Positions 38,335 through 49,389 are shown, counted from the first letter of the stretch. The stretch: DNA of 64,000 nucleotides from an uncultured virus (IMG/VR IMGVR_UViG_3300021957_000019) (IMGVR_UViG_3300021957_000019); one strand, 5' to 3'. Numbers and translations are program-made. Notes: generated by a model not told the origin, from the letters alone.

Positions 38335-40041
38335 ATGAAAAATAGAAAACCTTTTGATTGGATTAATGAAGAATCCATAACCTTTTTACGTAGAGGGTAT
38401 TTGAGTGAGGGAGAGGAACCTTTAGAAAGAATTAGAACAATTGCAGACCATGCAGAGAAAATATTAGGAATCGAAGGATTTGCTGATAAATTTTATGAAT
38501 ATATGGGTAAGGGATGGTATTCGTTATCATCACCTGTTTGGGCTAATTTTGGAAAAAAGAGGGGTCTACCCGTTAGTTGTTTTGGGTCTAACATTGGTGA
38601 CAACATTGAATCCATTTTGTTTACACAAGCGGAAGTTGGTGAAATGAGTAAAATGGGTGGAGGAACGTCAGGTTATTTTGGAAATATCCGTGAAAGAGGA
38701 GCGTATATTACCGATAACGGACAAGCACCTGGAGCTGTTCACTTTATGAATTTATTCGAAAGTGTCGTTGATAATATATCACAAGGGGCTACCCGAAGAG
38801 GTCGTTTCTCACCTTATCTACCTGTAGAACACCCTGATATTATGGAATTTCTTGAAATCGGTACCGAAGGGTTCCCTATTCAAGATTTAACACATGCGGT
38901 GACTGTTAGTGATGACTTCATGAACGAAATGATTGGTGGTGACGAAGAGAAGAGGGCTATTTGGGCTAAAGTAATTCAGAGACGAGGTGAAATTGGTTAT
39001 CCATATATCATGTTTAGTGATACTATGAATAACAACTCTCCAGATGTGTATAGAGACAAAGGGGCTAAAATTTATAATTCTAACCTTTGTTCTGAAATTG
39101 CACTTCACAACTCAGAAGAAGAATCTTTTGTTTGTGTATTGTCATCTATGAACGTTCTACATTATGACGAATGGAAAGATACTGACGCGGTTGAAACTAT
39201 GACTTACTTTCTTGACGCGGTTGTTACTGAGTTCTTGACTAAAATTGAAGACCTAAAGTCTGATGGTTCTATTGAAGGTAATAGGGCATTCTTATACTTG
39301 GAGAAGGCGTATAACTTCGCTAAGAGACAGAGAGCTTTAGGATTAGGTGTTTTAGGATGGCATTCACTACTTCAATCGAAAGGGTTGGGGTTTGACACTA
39401 AAGAAAGTGCAAGGTTGAACGTAGAGGTGTTTAAAAACATCAAAGAAAAATCATACAATGCATCTTCTGAGTTAGCTGAAAAATTTGGAGAACCTGATTA
39501 TCTTAAGGGTTATGGACGAAGAAACGTCACCCTTAACGCAATTGCTCCGACAACATCATCAGCATTTATCTTAGGTCAAGTATCTCAGTCAATCGAACCG
39601 ATATGGTCTAATTGTTATGTTAAAGATGTTGCTAAAATGAAAGTCACTATTAAGAATCCGATACTTAAAACCCTATTAATTGAAATGGGAAAAGACACTA
39701 AAGAAGTGTGGGATACAATTAAAAAGAAAGACGGTTCGGTACAACACTTAGACTTTTTAAGTGATGAACAAAAAGATGTTTTTAGAACTTTTGCAGAAAT
39801 TAATCAATCATCAATAGTTAATCAAGCAGCGGTCAGACAAGACTATATTGACCAGTCACAGTCATTAAACTTAATGGTATCACCTGATATGCCGACAAGA
39901 GATGTTAATAAGTTATTGATTGATTCATGGAAGTTAGGGGTTAAAACACTATACTACCAACACTCTATGAACTCGGCTCAGGCATTTGCAAGAAAGAAAT
40001 TGAATTTAAATGACCTACAATGTGTCGCATGTGAAGGATAA
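38335..40041 (+). CDS. nrdA: class Ia ribonucleotide reductase large subunit (no ATP-cone)
   Basis: VSCF, GGGTS, SNLCSEI, APTTSS, DQSQSLN, KTLYY and C-terminal CVAC. Confidence 0.95.
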   Translation: MKNRKPFDWINEESITFLRRGYLSEGEEPLERIRTIADHAEKILGIEGFADKFYEYMGKGWYSLSSPVWANFGKKRGLPVSCFGSNIGDNIESILFTQAEVGEMSKMGGGTSGYFGNIRERGAYITDNGQAPGAVHFMNLFESVVDNISQGATRRGRFSPYLPVEHPDIMEFLEIGTEGFPIQDLTHAVTVSDDFMNEMIGGDEEKRAIWAKVIQRRGEIGYPYIMFSDTMNNNSPDVYRDKGAKIYNSNLCSEIALHNSEEESFVCVLSSMNVLHYDEWKDTDAVETMTYFLDAVVTEFLTKIEDLKSDGSIEGNRAFLYLEKAYNFAKRQRALGLGVLGWHSLLQSKGLGFDTKESARLNVEVFKNIKEKSYNASSELAEKFGEPDYLKGYGRRNVTLNAIAPTTSSAFILGQVSQSIEPIWSNCYVKDVAKMKVTIKNPILKTLLIEMGKDTKEVWDTIKKKDGSVQHLDFLSDEQKDVFRTFAEINQSSIVNQAAVRQDYIDQSQSLNLMVSPDMPTRDVNKLLIDSWKLGVKTLYYQHSMNSAQAFARKKLNLNDLQCVACEG

Positions 40042-40072
40042 AAAAAGACCCGTGTTTAACACGGGTTTTTTT
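40041..40072. terminator. potentially bidirectional intrinsic terminator after nrdA
   Basis: A tract, then acccgtgtt-t-aacacgggt, then a T tract. Confidence 0.8.
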
Positions 40073-40102
40073 ATAAAAATATTCTAAGTTATATTTATTG
40101 TT

Positions 40103-40582
40103 ATGGCGATAAAGAAAACTTATGGTGTAAATTTTCCTTTTAGAGAAAGTACTGATGGTACTTACTTAGACTTAACTGAAAATGTACCTGAAGAAGTAAG
40201 AGCAGATTTACTTCATTTAATATTAACAAGAAAGGGTAGTAGATATTATTTACCTGATTTTGGAACTAGAATATATGAGTTTATTTTTGAACCTATGGAC
40301 GGACCTACATTTGACGCAATAAAGTCAGATATACAAATTGCGTGTGATAAATATATACCTAACCTACAGATAAATGACATCACAATTGAACCTTATAGTG
40401 AGGATGATAAGAGTCCTATAGGTGATTTAAACGTTGAGGACCAGAACGCAACATATGAAATGTTTGATATATTTAGAACCGCAGGTGAGGGGGTTGAAGA
40501 GTACACAGCCAAAGTTAAAATAGACTATTCAATCAAAGATAGTACATTTGATACGAGAGATTTCATTATTATTAATATTTAA
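40103..40582 (+). CDS. baseplate wedge protein (gp25-like)
   Basis: 'L..LILTRKGSR...PDFGT.IYEFIFEP......I...I......Y.P...I..I.I'. Confidence 0.9.
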   Translation: MAIKKTYGVNFPFRESTDGTYLDLTENVPEEVRADLLHLILTRKGSRYYLPDFGTRIYEFIFEPMDGPTFDAIKSDIQIACDKYIPNLQINDITIEPYSEDDKSPIGDLNVEDQNATYEMFDIFRTAGEGVEEYTAKVKIDYSIKDSTFDTRDFIIINI

Positions 40583-40587
40583 GGTAA

Positions 40588-42426
40588 ATGGCTAATCGTA
40601 AAATATCATATACAGATAGAGATTTTGAAGGACTAAGGCAAGACCTTATTAACTTTACACGTCAATATTATCCTGAATTAATTGATAATTTTAATGATGC
40701 ATCAGTTTATTCAGTATTTTTAGATTTAAACGCTGCGATTGGAGATAATCTACACTATCACATCGACAGAAGTGTTCAAGAGACAGTCCTACAGTATGCA
40801 CAACAAAAATCATCTATATATAATATAGCAAGGACATACGGACTAAAAATACCTGGAAACAGACCGTCAATCGCGTTAGTTGACGTTTCTATAACAGTAC
40901 CCGCTTTTGGAGACCAAGAAGACAGTAGATATTTAGGAATTATAAGGTCGGGTTCTCAGTTTACAGGTGCTGGGCAGATATTCGAAAATCAAGATGACAT
41001 TGATTTTAGTACTCAGTATAATAGTAAGGGGTTTCCAAATAGAACTAAAATACCGAACTTTGATTCTAATAATAGAATAGTAAATTATACCATCACAAAA
41101 AGAGAAGTGGTTGTTAATGGAACTACGAAGGTATTCAAAAAAGTAATTAATAGTAACGATGTAAAACCATTTTACGATTTCTTCTTACCTGAAAAGAATG
41201 TAATAAGTATAACATCTTTAATTCAAAAAGATGGGACATCCTATTCTAGCCCTCCGACATATGATGAATTTATCACATCACCCGATAAATGGTACGAGGT
41301 TGATGCGTTAGCAGAAAATACGGTATTTGTTGAAGACCCAAGTAAAGCGTCAGATAACCCAAGTATAAAAGTCGGAAAATATATAGAGACTGAAAATAGA
41401 TTCATATCCGAATACACACCTGAGGGATATTGTAGAGTTCAATTTGGGAGCGCTACTGTAACCGCTGACGACCAACTTGCCGAGTTTGCAAGAACGGGTA
41501 TACCATTAAGGTTACAGGATTATCAAAACAATATTGCTCTTGGTAAAACAGTTAAGGCGAATACTACATTATTTGTTAAATATAGAATCGGAGGTGGTAC
41601 GACATCAAACATAGGGGTTAATACCATTAATCAAATCGGTAATATAAATTTTGCGGTAAACGGACCATCACAGAACATTAATCAGAATGTAATCCAAAGT
41701 CTAAGATGTAATAATGTAACCGCGGCTATTGGAGGTGGTGACTTACCGACGACAGAAGAGGTTAGAAATATGGTAACTTATAATTTTTCAGCACAAAAAA
41801 GGGCGGTAACTATAAACGATTATAATTCTTTAATAAGAACTATGCCGAGTAGATTTGGTGCACCTGCGAAGGCTGCGATTGTTGAAGAAGATAATAAGAT
41901 AAAAATTGAAGTATTATCATACGATTCAAACAGAAAGTTAACTAGTAATGTGTCTAACACATTAAAAGATAATATCGCAAATTATCTGTCTAATTATCGT
42001 ATGATAAATGATTATATATCTATACGGAGTGCGGATGTAATTGATTTAGAGTTTGAGTTCAGTGTCGCTATGACATCCACAGAAAACCAAGGACAAGTCG
42101 TAACTAGTATAGTTAATAGTGTCGAATCTTACTTATCACCGATGACTAATTTATTAGGTAAAAATGTTAATATATCTGACATTAGAAGAATTATACAAGA
42201 TATACCAGGTGTAAGTACATTAGCCGATTTAAAAGTGTTTAATAAAACGGGAGGTCAATACTCATCGTCCGAGACATCTCAAAGATATGTTAATAAAGAT
42301 ACTAAACAAATTGAGTTGATAGATGATACTATTTTTGCACAACCTAATCAGATATATCAGATAAGGTTTCCTGAAAAAGACATTAAAGTCAGAATCAAAC
42401 AACTTAAGAACGTAGAGTTCTCATAA
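40588..42426 (+). CDS. baseplate wedge protein (gp6 / baseplate J-like)
   Basis: 'YT.RDF..LR..L', 'A.IGD.L.Y..D', 'FG.....G......YR.GGG...N' and 'AQKRAVT..DY'. Confidence 0.9.
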   Translation: MANRKISYTDRDFEGLRQDLINFTRQYYPELIDNFNDASVYSVFLDLNAAIGDNLHYHIDRSVQETVLQYAQQKSSIYNIARTYGLKIPGNRPSIALVDVSITVPAFGDQEDSRYLGIIRSGSQFTGAGQIFENQDDIDFSTQYNSKGFPNRTKIPNFDSNNRIVNYTITKREVVVNGTTKVFKKVINSNDVKPFYDFFLPEKNVISITSLIQKDGTSYSSPPTYDEFITSPDKWYEVDALAENTVFVEDPSKASDNPSIKVGKYIETENRFISEYTPEGYCRVQFGSATVTADDQLAEFARTGIPLRLQDYQNNIALGKTVKANTTLFVKYRIGGGTTSNIGVNTINQIGNINFAVNGPSQNINQNVIQSLRCNNVTAAIGGGDLPTTEEVRNMVTYNFSAQKRAVTINDYNSLIRTMPSRFGAPAKAAIVEEDNKIKIEVLSYDSNRKLTSNVSNTLKDNIANYLSNYRMINDYISIRSADVIDLEFEFSVAMTSTENQGQVVTSIVNSVESYLSPMTNLLGKNVNISDIRRIIQDIPGVSTLADLKVFNKTGGQYSSSETSQRYVNKDTKQIELIDDTIFAQPNQIYQIRFPEKDIKVRIKQLKNVEFS

Positions 42427-42496
42427 CTAATCCATATACTTTTATTTTTTTAAAATTAAAATTAAGATGAATAACTATTTATCTTAAAAGTATTTT

Positions 42497-45400
42497 ATGC
42501 CAAAATCATATAGGTTTAGAACAGAAGTAGGGGTCGACAAAGAAGTTAGACTCAATATTGACCAGGACTTTGATTTCTTAGAAGTTTTATCCTTAAAGTT
42601 TAGGCAAGAGGATTTATATGATAGGTTTTGTGCGGATTATGGTGTTGTTGCTGGTAGGGTAGTGGTTAATGGAGGTTTTGGAGTTCCAAACGTCAACATT
42701 TCAATATTTGTCCCATTGGATAATGAAGATGCTAATGACCCAATAATATCTACACTTTACCCTTATAAGAAAGTAATTGATAAGAATGAAGATGGATATA
42801 GGTATAATTTATTACCTTATGAGCAAGAATATGGGGGACACACACCGACAGGAACATTTCCATCTAGAGACGATGTCCTAACAAGAAGTGAGGTTTTACA
42901 AGTATATGAAAAGTATTATAAATACACGGTAAAGACTAACGAATCTGGCGATTTTATGATTTTTGGTGTCCCTTTAGGTCAACAAAAAATAGTTATGGAC
43001 TTAGACCTTTCTAATATTGGACAGTTTTCATTAAGACCCGCAGATTTAATTAGAATGGGTAGAGGTGTCGAAACTCAGTTCAACGGACAACAATTTAAAG
43101 CAAGTGAAGACTTAAATAGTTTACCACAATTAGTAAATGTTGTTAAAGAAATTGAAGTTTATCCATTTTGGGGTGAGAACGACTTATGTGATGTTGGATT
43201 GACTCGCTCTGATTTTGATTTGAGAGATGAAGGAATTGAAATAAAACCCACATCAATATTCATGGGGTCTTTACTATCAACAGTAAAAGACCAATATCTA
43301 AGAGCCAATTGCAAACCAAAAAATAAGGTAGGTGGTTTATGTAACTTAGAGACAGGTCCCGGTCAGATATTGGCGATTAGACAAACAATTGATGTTGATT
43401 TTAGTGGTAAACCTATTTTAGAAGAATATAAACTTGAAGAAGGGGGAAACGTAATTGATGATGAGGGTGTTTGGTTAATAGACCTACCCATGAACTTAAA
43501 TTATGTGACCACAAATGAATTTGGGGAGCAGATAATTTCAATAGACCCAAAAAACGGAATTCCGACAAAGGGTAAATACAGGTTTAAAATAAAATATCAA
43601 AATGAAGGTGGGTTAGAAGAAGATATTATACGAGCTAACTTCCTTGTACCTAATATAAAAGAGTATGGTTGGTCGGGTACTACGACTGATGATTTACCAT
43701 CGGAAGAAAAAAGAAATAAATCTTACGCGTTTTCTTTAAATTGGGATGATTACTATGATAGTGATTCCGCAATAAATTGCAATGATAGTTTTTATGAATT
43801 TAATTACAATAAAGTTTATACGGTTGCAAGTAATATCGACAGGTTTAAATGGGGATTCAATAGAAAAAAACACTTAGGAATAAAAGAGATTAACGATGAT
43901 AGTTGTAAGTCACTTAATAACACGCCACCAGTTAACGACGCCGTTAGAAGTGGGAGTCCTTTCATTTTCATATTTAACTTTTTATTAAGTATTATAACAG
44001 TACCATTAATTACTTTAATTATAATCTCACATGTTCTTGCGCTTCTTTACCCGATATTAAGAATCATAATAAACATTATAATCCTATTAATTAACGGTAT
44101 TATATATGCTTTATGTAAAGCAGTTGCTTGGATACCAGGTGTTAATTTAGACTGTAAAAAAGCAACACTAACTCCATTACCAAGAGAAAACCCGTTTAAA
44201 ACTATTGCGTTACCTATGTTATCGTATCCTGATTGTGAAGCTTGTGAGTGTAAGACAAAGAGCACTGATAACAGTAGTGAACAGGAACAGTCCGCAGCTG
44301 AAACTGAAGCTAATTTCGCTTTCGGAGCGATTATAGATGCGACATCCACTAACGCTTATGTGTATGACGGAGACCTTAATCAATCATGTATTAATGATTA
44401 CGGTAGTGGAGAAATACTTTCGAACTCGTACTTATTTAGATTATCAAAAAGGATGCTTGGTTCGGGATATGATAATAGAGATGACAATAACAGTTATTAT
44501 AAAGATATAATAAAAGAAAATGACCCTAACGTACCAAACAGTGGTAATCATAACGACCAATTTGAATGGTATAAGTCACCAGCCTATCCCATTTACAAAG
44601 ACGTATATGATGAGAAATATAAGATAAGATGGGCGTATCAATTTAACCCCACTTGGGCACAGGCGTTAAACTTAATGAATCGAAGACGTATGTATTTTGG
44701 TGATTCAGGTATGGATGGTTTATTTAATAACATGCCAGGAGGGTCTAATTATACGTCACGAAAGACCACAAATAGAATACAAGTTAGTTGTGTTAATGAC
44801 GACTTTGGACCACAAAATGGTGCACCTTGGACAGATATGTGTAATGTATTCTTATTTGACCCAGAGACGACCATAACTACGGGAGGGTTAATGACCTTTA
44901 ACGATTTAAATCAAATTAACGACCCTAATATTAGTACATATGAGAACGGGAACCAATTCGGTAACGAGTCTATTACAGGAAGTACTAACGGTAACCCAAA
45001 CGCATATACTCAAGTGGAGGTTCCATATGTTCAGGCTAATGGGCAGTCTGGTGTTGGATATGCAAATTTAATTAATACGGGTGAAACATCCTACTATACA
45101 TTTAAAAGTGGAGTTGAATACTTTCAAGTACTTACATCGATGACATTGAACGAGATGAGTACGTTATTAAAGGAATATGAAAACGATGCTTTATTGAAAA
45201 AGTTCGTAAGGACTTATAGAAGTAAAATTAATTGTAAAGAAGACGCTTCTCAAGAAGAAGGGTATATATCTAATTTAAAGGTGACTGAATCATACGATAA
45301 CTATGAAAATATTATCATAGCCTTTGTTGTAAGGGGTGTTGATGTATATACTCCGAGACAGAAAATGAGATATGATTTATCTAAATTATTCGGTTTCGGT

Positions 45401-47668
45401 ATCGACGGTCAAAACGATTATAATGGTGTTAGGGTAGTCGAAGGAGATTACTATATGAATATACCGATTCAACCTAATGGGGGTGGTAACGGTGATGAAT
45501 GGTGGACAAATAGTGAATCGCCTACACCTCACTATGAAATAGATAGTACTAGTACTTTAAAGTGGAATTCTTCGAATAACGGAGGAGGGTCAGGTAACTG
45601 GAGTGATGCTAACAAATTATATCACTCTTCATATACATTTACACCGAATGCGTCTGAGTGGGAGCCATTTGAAACATATAGTTTTAATAAATACTGTTCA
45701 CTTGACGGTCAAATAAGTGATGCCATGCCAAATTACATGGGCGAATTTGGTGTAAGTTTACCCGATGACAATTTTCCTGAATCAGGGTTAAACCCTTGGA
45801 TGCAAAAAAGGATTGAAGGATGTGGGTACCAATATTCCAATTATGTCGGTAATTCTAATAATAAAAAACGTAGAAAATTAGGGACGGATTCACATAGAAT
45901 ATCAAGTGTTTCCTCATTGTACTTACCCAAAAATTACGAACAAAACGATGATGGTACGTATCCTAATGGAGTCCCACACACTTTGATGTCACAATCCAAT
46001 AAAATTGTATTTCGCTCAGATAGATTACCGTCGAGTGACTTCTTTGAAAACTTTGAAAGTGACGCTAAAGAGTTCAGAAGGTACACGTTACATATGAATA
46101 ATATTCAAAAAACGTATTTCATAAGTGATGACGGTGTTATTACAACACCTGAAGGTGAAGTTATAGGTTCTGCAGACAGTAGTGGTAATTCTGCAGATGA
46201 TTTAGAAGACGCGAACCCAACCGTAGCTAATGTTATTTCTTCATTTAGTTGTGGGGGAATGGTTCCTTTAGGTTGTTACGAAGGGGACGGAGAAAATTTT
46301 GACATATCGAGTCCCTGTTATTTAAGTGAAAATGAAGTATGGACAGGTCCTGAACGCGTAGTAAATGGTTGTTATCAATTCGTAATTAAGAGGGTTATCT
46401 TCTCGATACCTAGAGATATCCTTATGCTCTTTGAATGGAGAGCTAGGATAAGGTTTATGTATGCATTATGTCAAGGAATTATTGGAGAAATGTTTCAAAA
46501 TAATTGGTTAAATGGAACCTTATACATGCCTGCAATACAAAAACAAACATTATTTAATAGTGATAATGAACCAAGAAGGTATAGGTATTGTGGTGACCCA
46601 CAACAATTTTGGGATAATAGAAAGAATCAGGGTCCAATATACTTTAATACTGACACCAACTCATTCTTCTATAGAAGTACTCCGTATGATGATGAGAGTA
46701 ATCAATTTATTGGGCAAGAACCGGGTAGAAGTTACTATACAGGACAAAACAAAAAAAACATATGGAGTCCTACCACAATTATGGAGTTAGGACCGAGAGA
46801 TGAATTTACTAAAGAAATATCATTTTCACCTGAGTTTGAGGGTTATTTCATTGATTTAGTTACGTCATCATCATATAAGGATATAAGTACTATTATAAAC
46901 TTATTCGCGGTATCAAGACTTGCGAATGCAGGTTTCTTAGAGAAACTATTAGGTGCTGGAGACGCTAGTGTGGGGGCGATATTCTCAAGAGAATTTGATA
47001 CAATAGCAGACGGTACCGCATTTGCTGATTTCATAACCAATCCCTTTGATTCAAGAGTCGATGGTGATTTTGCTCAAATGATAAGTATAAACAGTGAATT
47101 TGGGGTTATACCGTATCTTGACGGTAACTATGAAGATAGTATTACCGTACAGGACGATAGGTTTGGAATATGGTTTAGTTCTAATACTCAGAATAGAAGA
47201 CTTATAACGAACGGGGTGACGACATTCGGTACTGAAGTTGAAGGACCTACTAACACATTCGGTTATCCTAATTCACAAGTCATACCTTTTTATATGTGGA
47301 GGATAAAAGATAATGGATTATTCGGTACAGAACAAAATACATGGGAAACTTCATGTATATACGCATCTACCTATCAAGGGGATGATTTCTTCAATGGTAG
47401 TGGGAAATACATGAAACCTAATTCAGGATACGGAATGGGTTATATTTACAATAGAAGTAGTAGTGATTCCGAACTTGACGCATTCCCATTGAATAGTCCT
47501 AATAGTTGTGAAGATTCCTCTGGTGGTGTAATTTCTGACTTACTATCAGACGGATTGTCTAAAGGTAACTTTAAAGTGGGTAATCCATTTCATTTTTACT
47601 TTGGATTAAGAAGAGGTAAAACTGCAATGAATAGGTATATAAAGAAATATATTTTTAACTTAGAATGA
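42497..47668 (+). CDS. large baseplate-associated protein with an internal hydrophobic segment
   Basis: N-terminal 'GVVAGRVVVNGGFGVPNVNISIF...TNESGDFMIFGVP.G' (carboxypeptidase-regulatory-like beta sandwich), a ~60-aa hydrophobic stretch and C-terminal 'FHFYFGL..GKTA'; it sits in the baseplate operon. Confidence 0.6.
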   Translation: MPKSYRFRTEVGVDKEVRLNIDQDFDFLEVLSLKFRQEDLYDRFCADYGVVAGRVVVNGGFGVPNVNISIFVPLDNEDANDPIISTLYPYKKVIDKNEDGYRYNLLPYEQEYGGHTPTGTFPSRDDVLTRSEVLQVYEKYYKYTVKTNESGDFMIFGVPLGQQKIVMDLDLSNIGQFSLRPADLIRMGRGVETQFNGQQFKASEDLNSLPQLVNVVKEIEVYPFWGENDLCDVGLTRSDFDLRDEGIEIKPTSIFMGSLLSTVKDQYLRANCKPKNKVGGLCNLETGPGQILAIRQTIDVDFSGKPILEEYKLEEGGNVIDDEGVWLIDLPMNLNYVTTNEFGEQIISIDPKNGIPTKGKYRFKIKYQNEGGLEEDIIRANFLVPNIKEYGWSGTTTDDLPSEEKRNKSYAFSLNWDDYYDSDSAINCNDSFYEFNYNKVYTVASNIDRFKWGFNRKKHLGIKEINDDSCKSLNNTPPVNDAVRSGSPFIFIFNFLLSIITVPLITLIIISHVLALLYPILRIIINIIILLINGIIYALCKAVAWIPGVNLDCKKATLTPLPRENPFKTIALPMLSYPDCEACECKTKSTDNSSEQEQSAAETEANFAFGAIIDATSTNAYVYDGDLNQSCINDYGSGEILSNSYLFRLSKRMLGSGYDNRDDNNSYYKDIIKENDPNVPNSGNHNDQFEWYKSPAYPIYKDVYDEKYKIRWAYQFNPTWAQALNLMNRRRMYFGDSGMDGLFNNMPGGSNYTSRKTTNRIQVSCVNDDFGPQNGAPWTDMCNVFLFDPETTITTGGLMTFNDLNQINDPNISTYENGNQFGNESITGSTNGNPNAYTQVEVPYVQANGQSGVGYANLINTGETSYYTFKSGVEYFQVLTSMTLNEMSTLLKEYENDALLKKFVRTYRSKINCKEDASQEEGYISNLKVTESYDNYENIIIAFVVRGVDVYTPRQKMRYDLSKLFGFGIDGQNDYNGVRVVEGDYYMNIPIQPNGGGNGDEWWTNSESPTPHYEIDSTSTLKWNSSNNGGGSGNWSDANKLYHSSYTFTPNASEWEPFETYSFNKYCSLDGQISDAMPNYMGEFGVSLPDDNFPESGLNPWMQKRIEGCGYQYSNYVGNSNNKKRRKLGTDSHRISSVSSLYLPKNYEQNDDGTYPNGVPHTLMSQSNKIVFRSDRLPSSDFFENFESDAKEFRRYTLHMNNIQKTYFISDDGVITTPEGEVIGSADSSGNSADDLEDANPTVANVISSFSCGGMVPLGCYEGDGENFDISSPCYLSENEVWTGPERVVNGCYQFVIKRVIFSIPRDILMLFEWRARIRFMYALCQGIIGEMFQNNWLNGTLYMPAIQKQTLFNSDNEPRRYRYCGDPQQFWDNRKNQGPIYFNTDTNSFFYRSTPYDDESNQFIGQEPGRSYYTGQNKKNIWSPTTIMELGPRDEFTKEISFSPEFEGYFIDLVTSSSYKDISTIINLFAVSRLANAGFLEKLLGAGDASVGAIFSREFDTIADGTAFADFITNPFDSRVDGDFAQMISINSEFGVIPYLDGNYEDSITVQDDRFGIWFSSNTQNRRLITNGVTTFGTEVEGPTNTFGYPNSQVIPFYMWRIKDNGLFGTEQNTWETSCIYASTYQGDDFFNGSGKYMKPNSGYGMGYIYNRSSSDSELDAFPLNSPNSCEDSSGGVISDLLSDGLSKGNFKVGNPFHFYFGLRRGKTAMNRYIKKYIFNLE

Positions 47669-49389
47669 GTAATAAAAAATCTAACGAAATTCGGATTGTT
47701 AGGGGTGAGGACCGTTTTGCTGGGTCCTCAAACTCCGATATGCGAATTGATGTGGATTTACAAAGTAATAGAAGAAATAAAGTTGAGGGAGACAGAACCA
47801 AAATTTTAAATTTAGAACAACAATTTGACGATGAAAGACAAAAGTCTAATAAGTTTAGAATAGTGGGTAAAATTACGAATATATTCGATAATGTAATATC
47901 GGGAGGTACTCAGTACACTCCATTTAAGAATAGTTTATACTACACAAATGAGTTAAATAATTTAGAAAACGGTTCTATTATATGGGAGGGTTATCCACAA
48001 TATGATGAATTTACTTTTTATAGAACAAGAGGAATTGAGGGTCATGTCCCGTTTATTAATAAAAGTGCAACGACATATAATTGGACTAGTTATGTTTCTT
48101 ACGGTTATAAAAATAAAGAGGACCAACTTATGAAACATAAGGTTATCTTTAGTAGTGGTACGTCTATTAATAATTTTGTAGTTACCGATGGGGTACCGTA
48201 CTATATACTTAATAGACAAAATTTGGGTAAAAATCTAATAACTTTCTATTGTGGTATTAAACATAACCTATCTATTGGTGATTGGATTTATACAAAGGAT
48301 GAAATAGATGGTAAAAGATACTTTGAGGTTTATAGTTTAGGTGATAACTCATATGGTAATGAAGATAAAGTGTTTTCTATCTTTAATTATGGTTTTGAAG
48401 ATGTTCTTTTTGGTAACTACGCCACTGGAAATTTTAGAAGGGTTGGTGACATTAATAATAAAGAAGAGACTACGTCTAACTATTACGTTAAAGTTCATAA
48501 AATTTTGACAGACACCACCAACGCTGACGTAACCAAGATGGGATTTGAAAACAACCCATTCCCAATCAAAAGAAAGTTAGAGTATTCGGGACTGACACCA
48601 AATAATGTACAAAGGACATCAATTAAGGATGGGTCATTAACCGTGGGGTTTTCTTTCGATGAAGATATAGATTTAAGTGGTTTAAAAGATAATTTAGACA
48701 GACCAATAACGGAGTTGTTTGTTACGATAGTTAATAAAGGATACATGGGTTGGTTTAATAATCCGTATTTAGGTAATAACCCAAGTAATACTGGATTACA
48801 AGTTGGGTGGAGTATGAACTTTTTAAAAGATGAAATTGACAGTTGGTGGGATGTAGATAATTACAGTAATCGAGATAATATACCCTTTGGTGAATACACT
48901 ATTAATGACACCACTTTTTACTATAACGAAAATTTAAGTAAAGGTGATGAGATTATGGGTGCAATGTGTGAATATAATAACTACGAAGGTGCCGAAACTG
49001 AATTGAGTGATATTAATCATAAAATATCATATAACCCACAGATATTTGATAACAATAGTATTAATACATTACCTAGTGGTTATTCATACAAACCACATTA
49101 TAAAATCCCTATTGCCGCGTATTCTGACTATGTAGAAACGGGAGACGTAGATAAGGTTGATTTAATACCTGATTACTCATTTTTATCAAAAAATGATAAT
49201 CAGTGGAGATGGAGAGACATATACCCATACGGTTTTATAGATACGGATGGTAATGGATACAATCATCCATTCTTAAACGGATGTCATTACCCATACACTA
49301 ATATTACATTCTTATTATCTCCGATGGAGAAAGATTTAAATAATTATAATAGTGTGATTTACTCACCATTAATAGATGACTGTGAATAA
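47665..49389 (+). CDS. putative baseplate/virion structural protein
   Basis: 574 aa, ATGA-coupled within the structural operon. Confidence 0.55.
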   Translation: MSNKKSNEIRIVRGEDRFAGSSNSDMRIDVDLQSNRRNKVEGDRTKILNLEQQFDDERQKSNKFRIVGKITNIFDNVISGGTQYTPFKNSLYYTNELNNLENGSIIWEGYPQYDEFTFYRTRGIEGHVPFINKSATTYNWTSYVSYGYKNKEDQLMKHKVIFSSGTSINNFVVTDGVPYYILNRQNLGKNLITFYCGIKHNLSIGDWIYTKDEIDGKRYFEVYSLGDNSYGNEDKVFSIFNYGFEDVLFGNYATGNFRRVGDINNKEETTSNYYVKVHKILTDTTNADVTKMGFENNPFPIKRKLEYSGLTPNNVQRTSIKDGSLTVGFSFDEDIDLSGLKDNLDRPITELFVTIVNKGYMGWFNNPYLGNNPSNTGLQVGWSMNFLKDEIDSWWDVDNYSNRDNIPFGEYTINDTTFYYNENLSKGDEIMGAMCEYNNYEGAETELSDINHKISYNPQIFDNNSINTLPSGYSYKPHYKIPIAAYSDYVETGDVDKVDLIPDYSFLSKNDNQWRWRDIYPYGFIDTDGNGYNHPFLNGCHYPYTNITFLLSPMEKDLNNYNSVIYSPLIDDCE

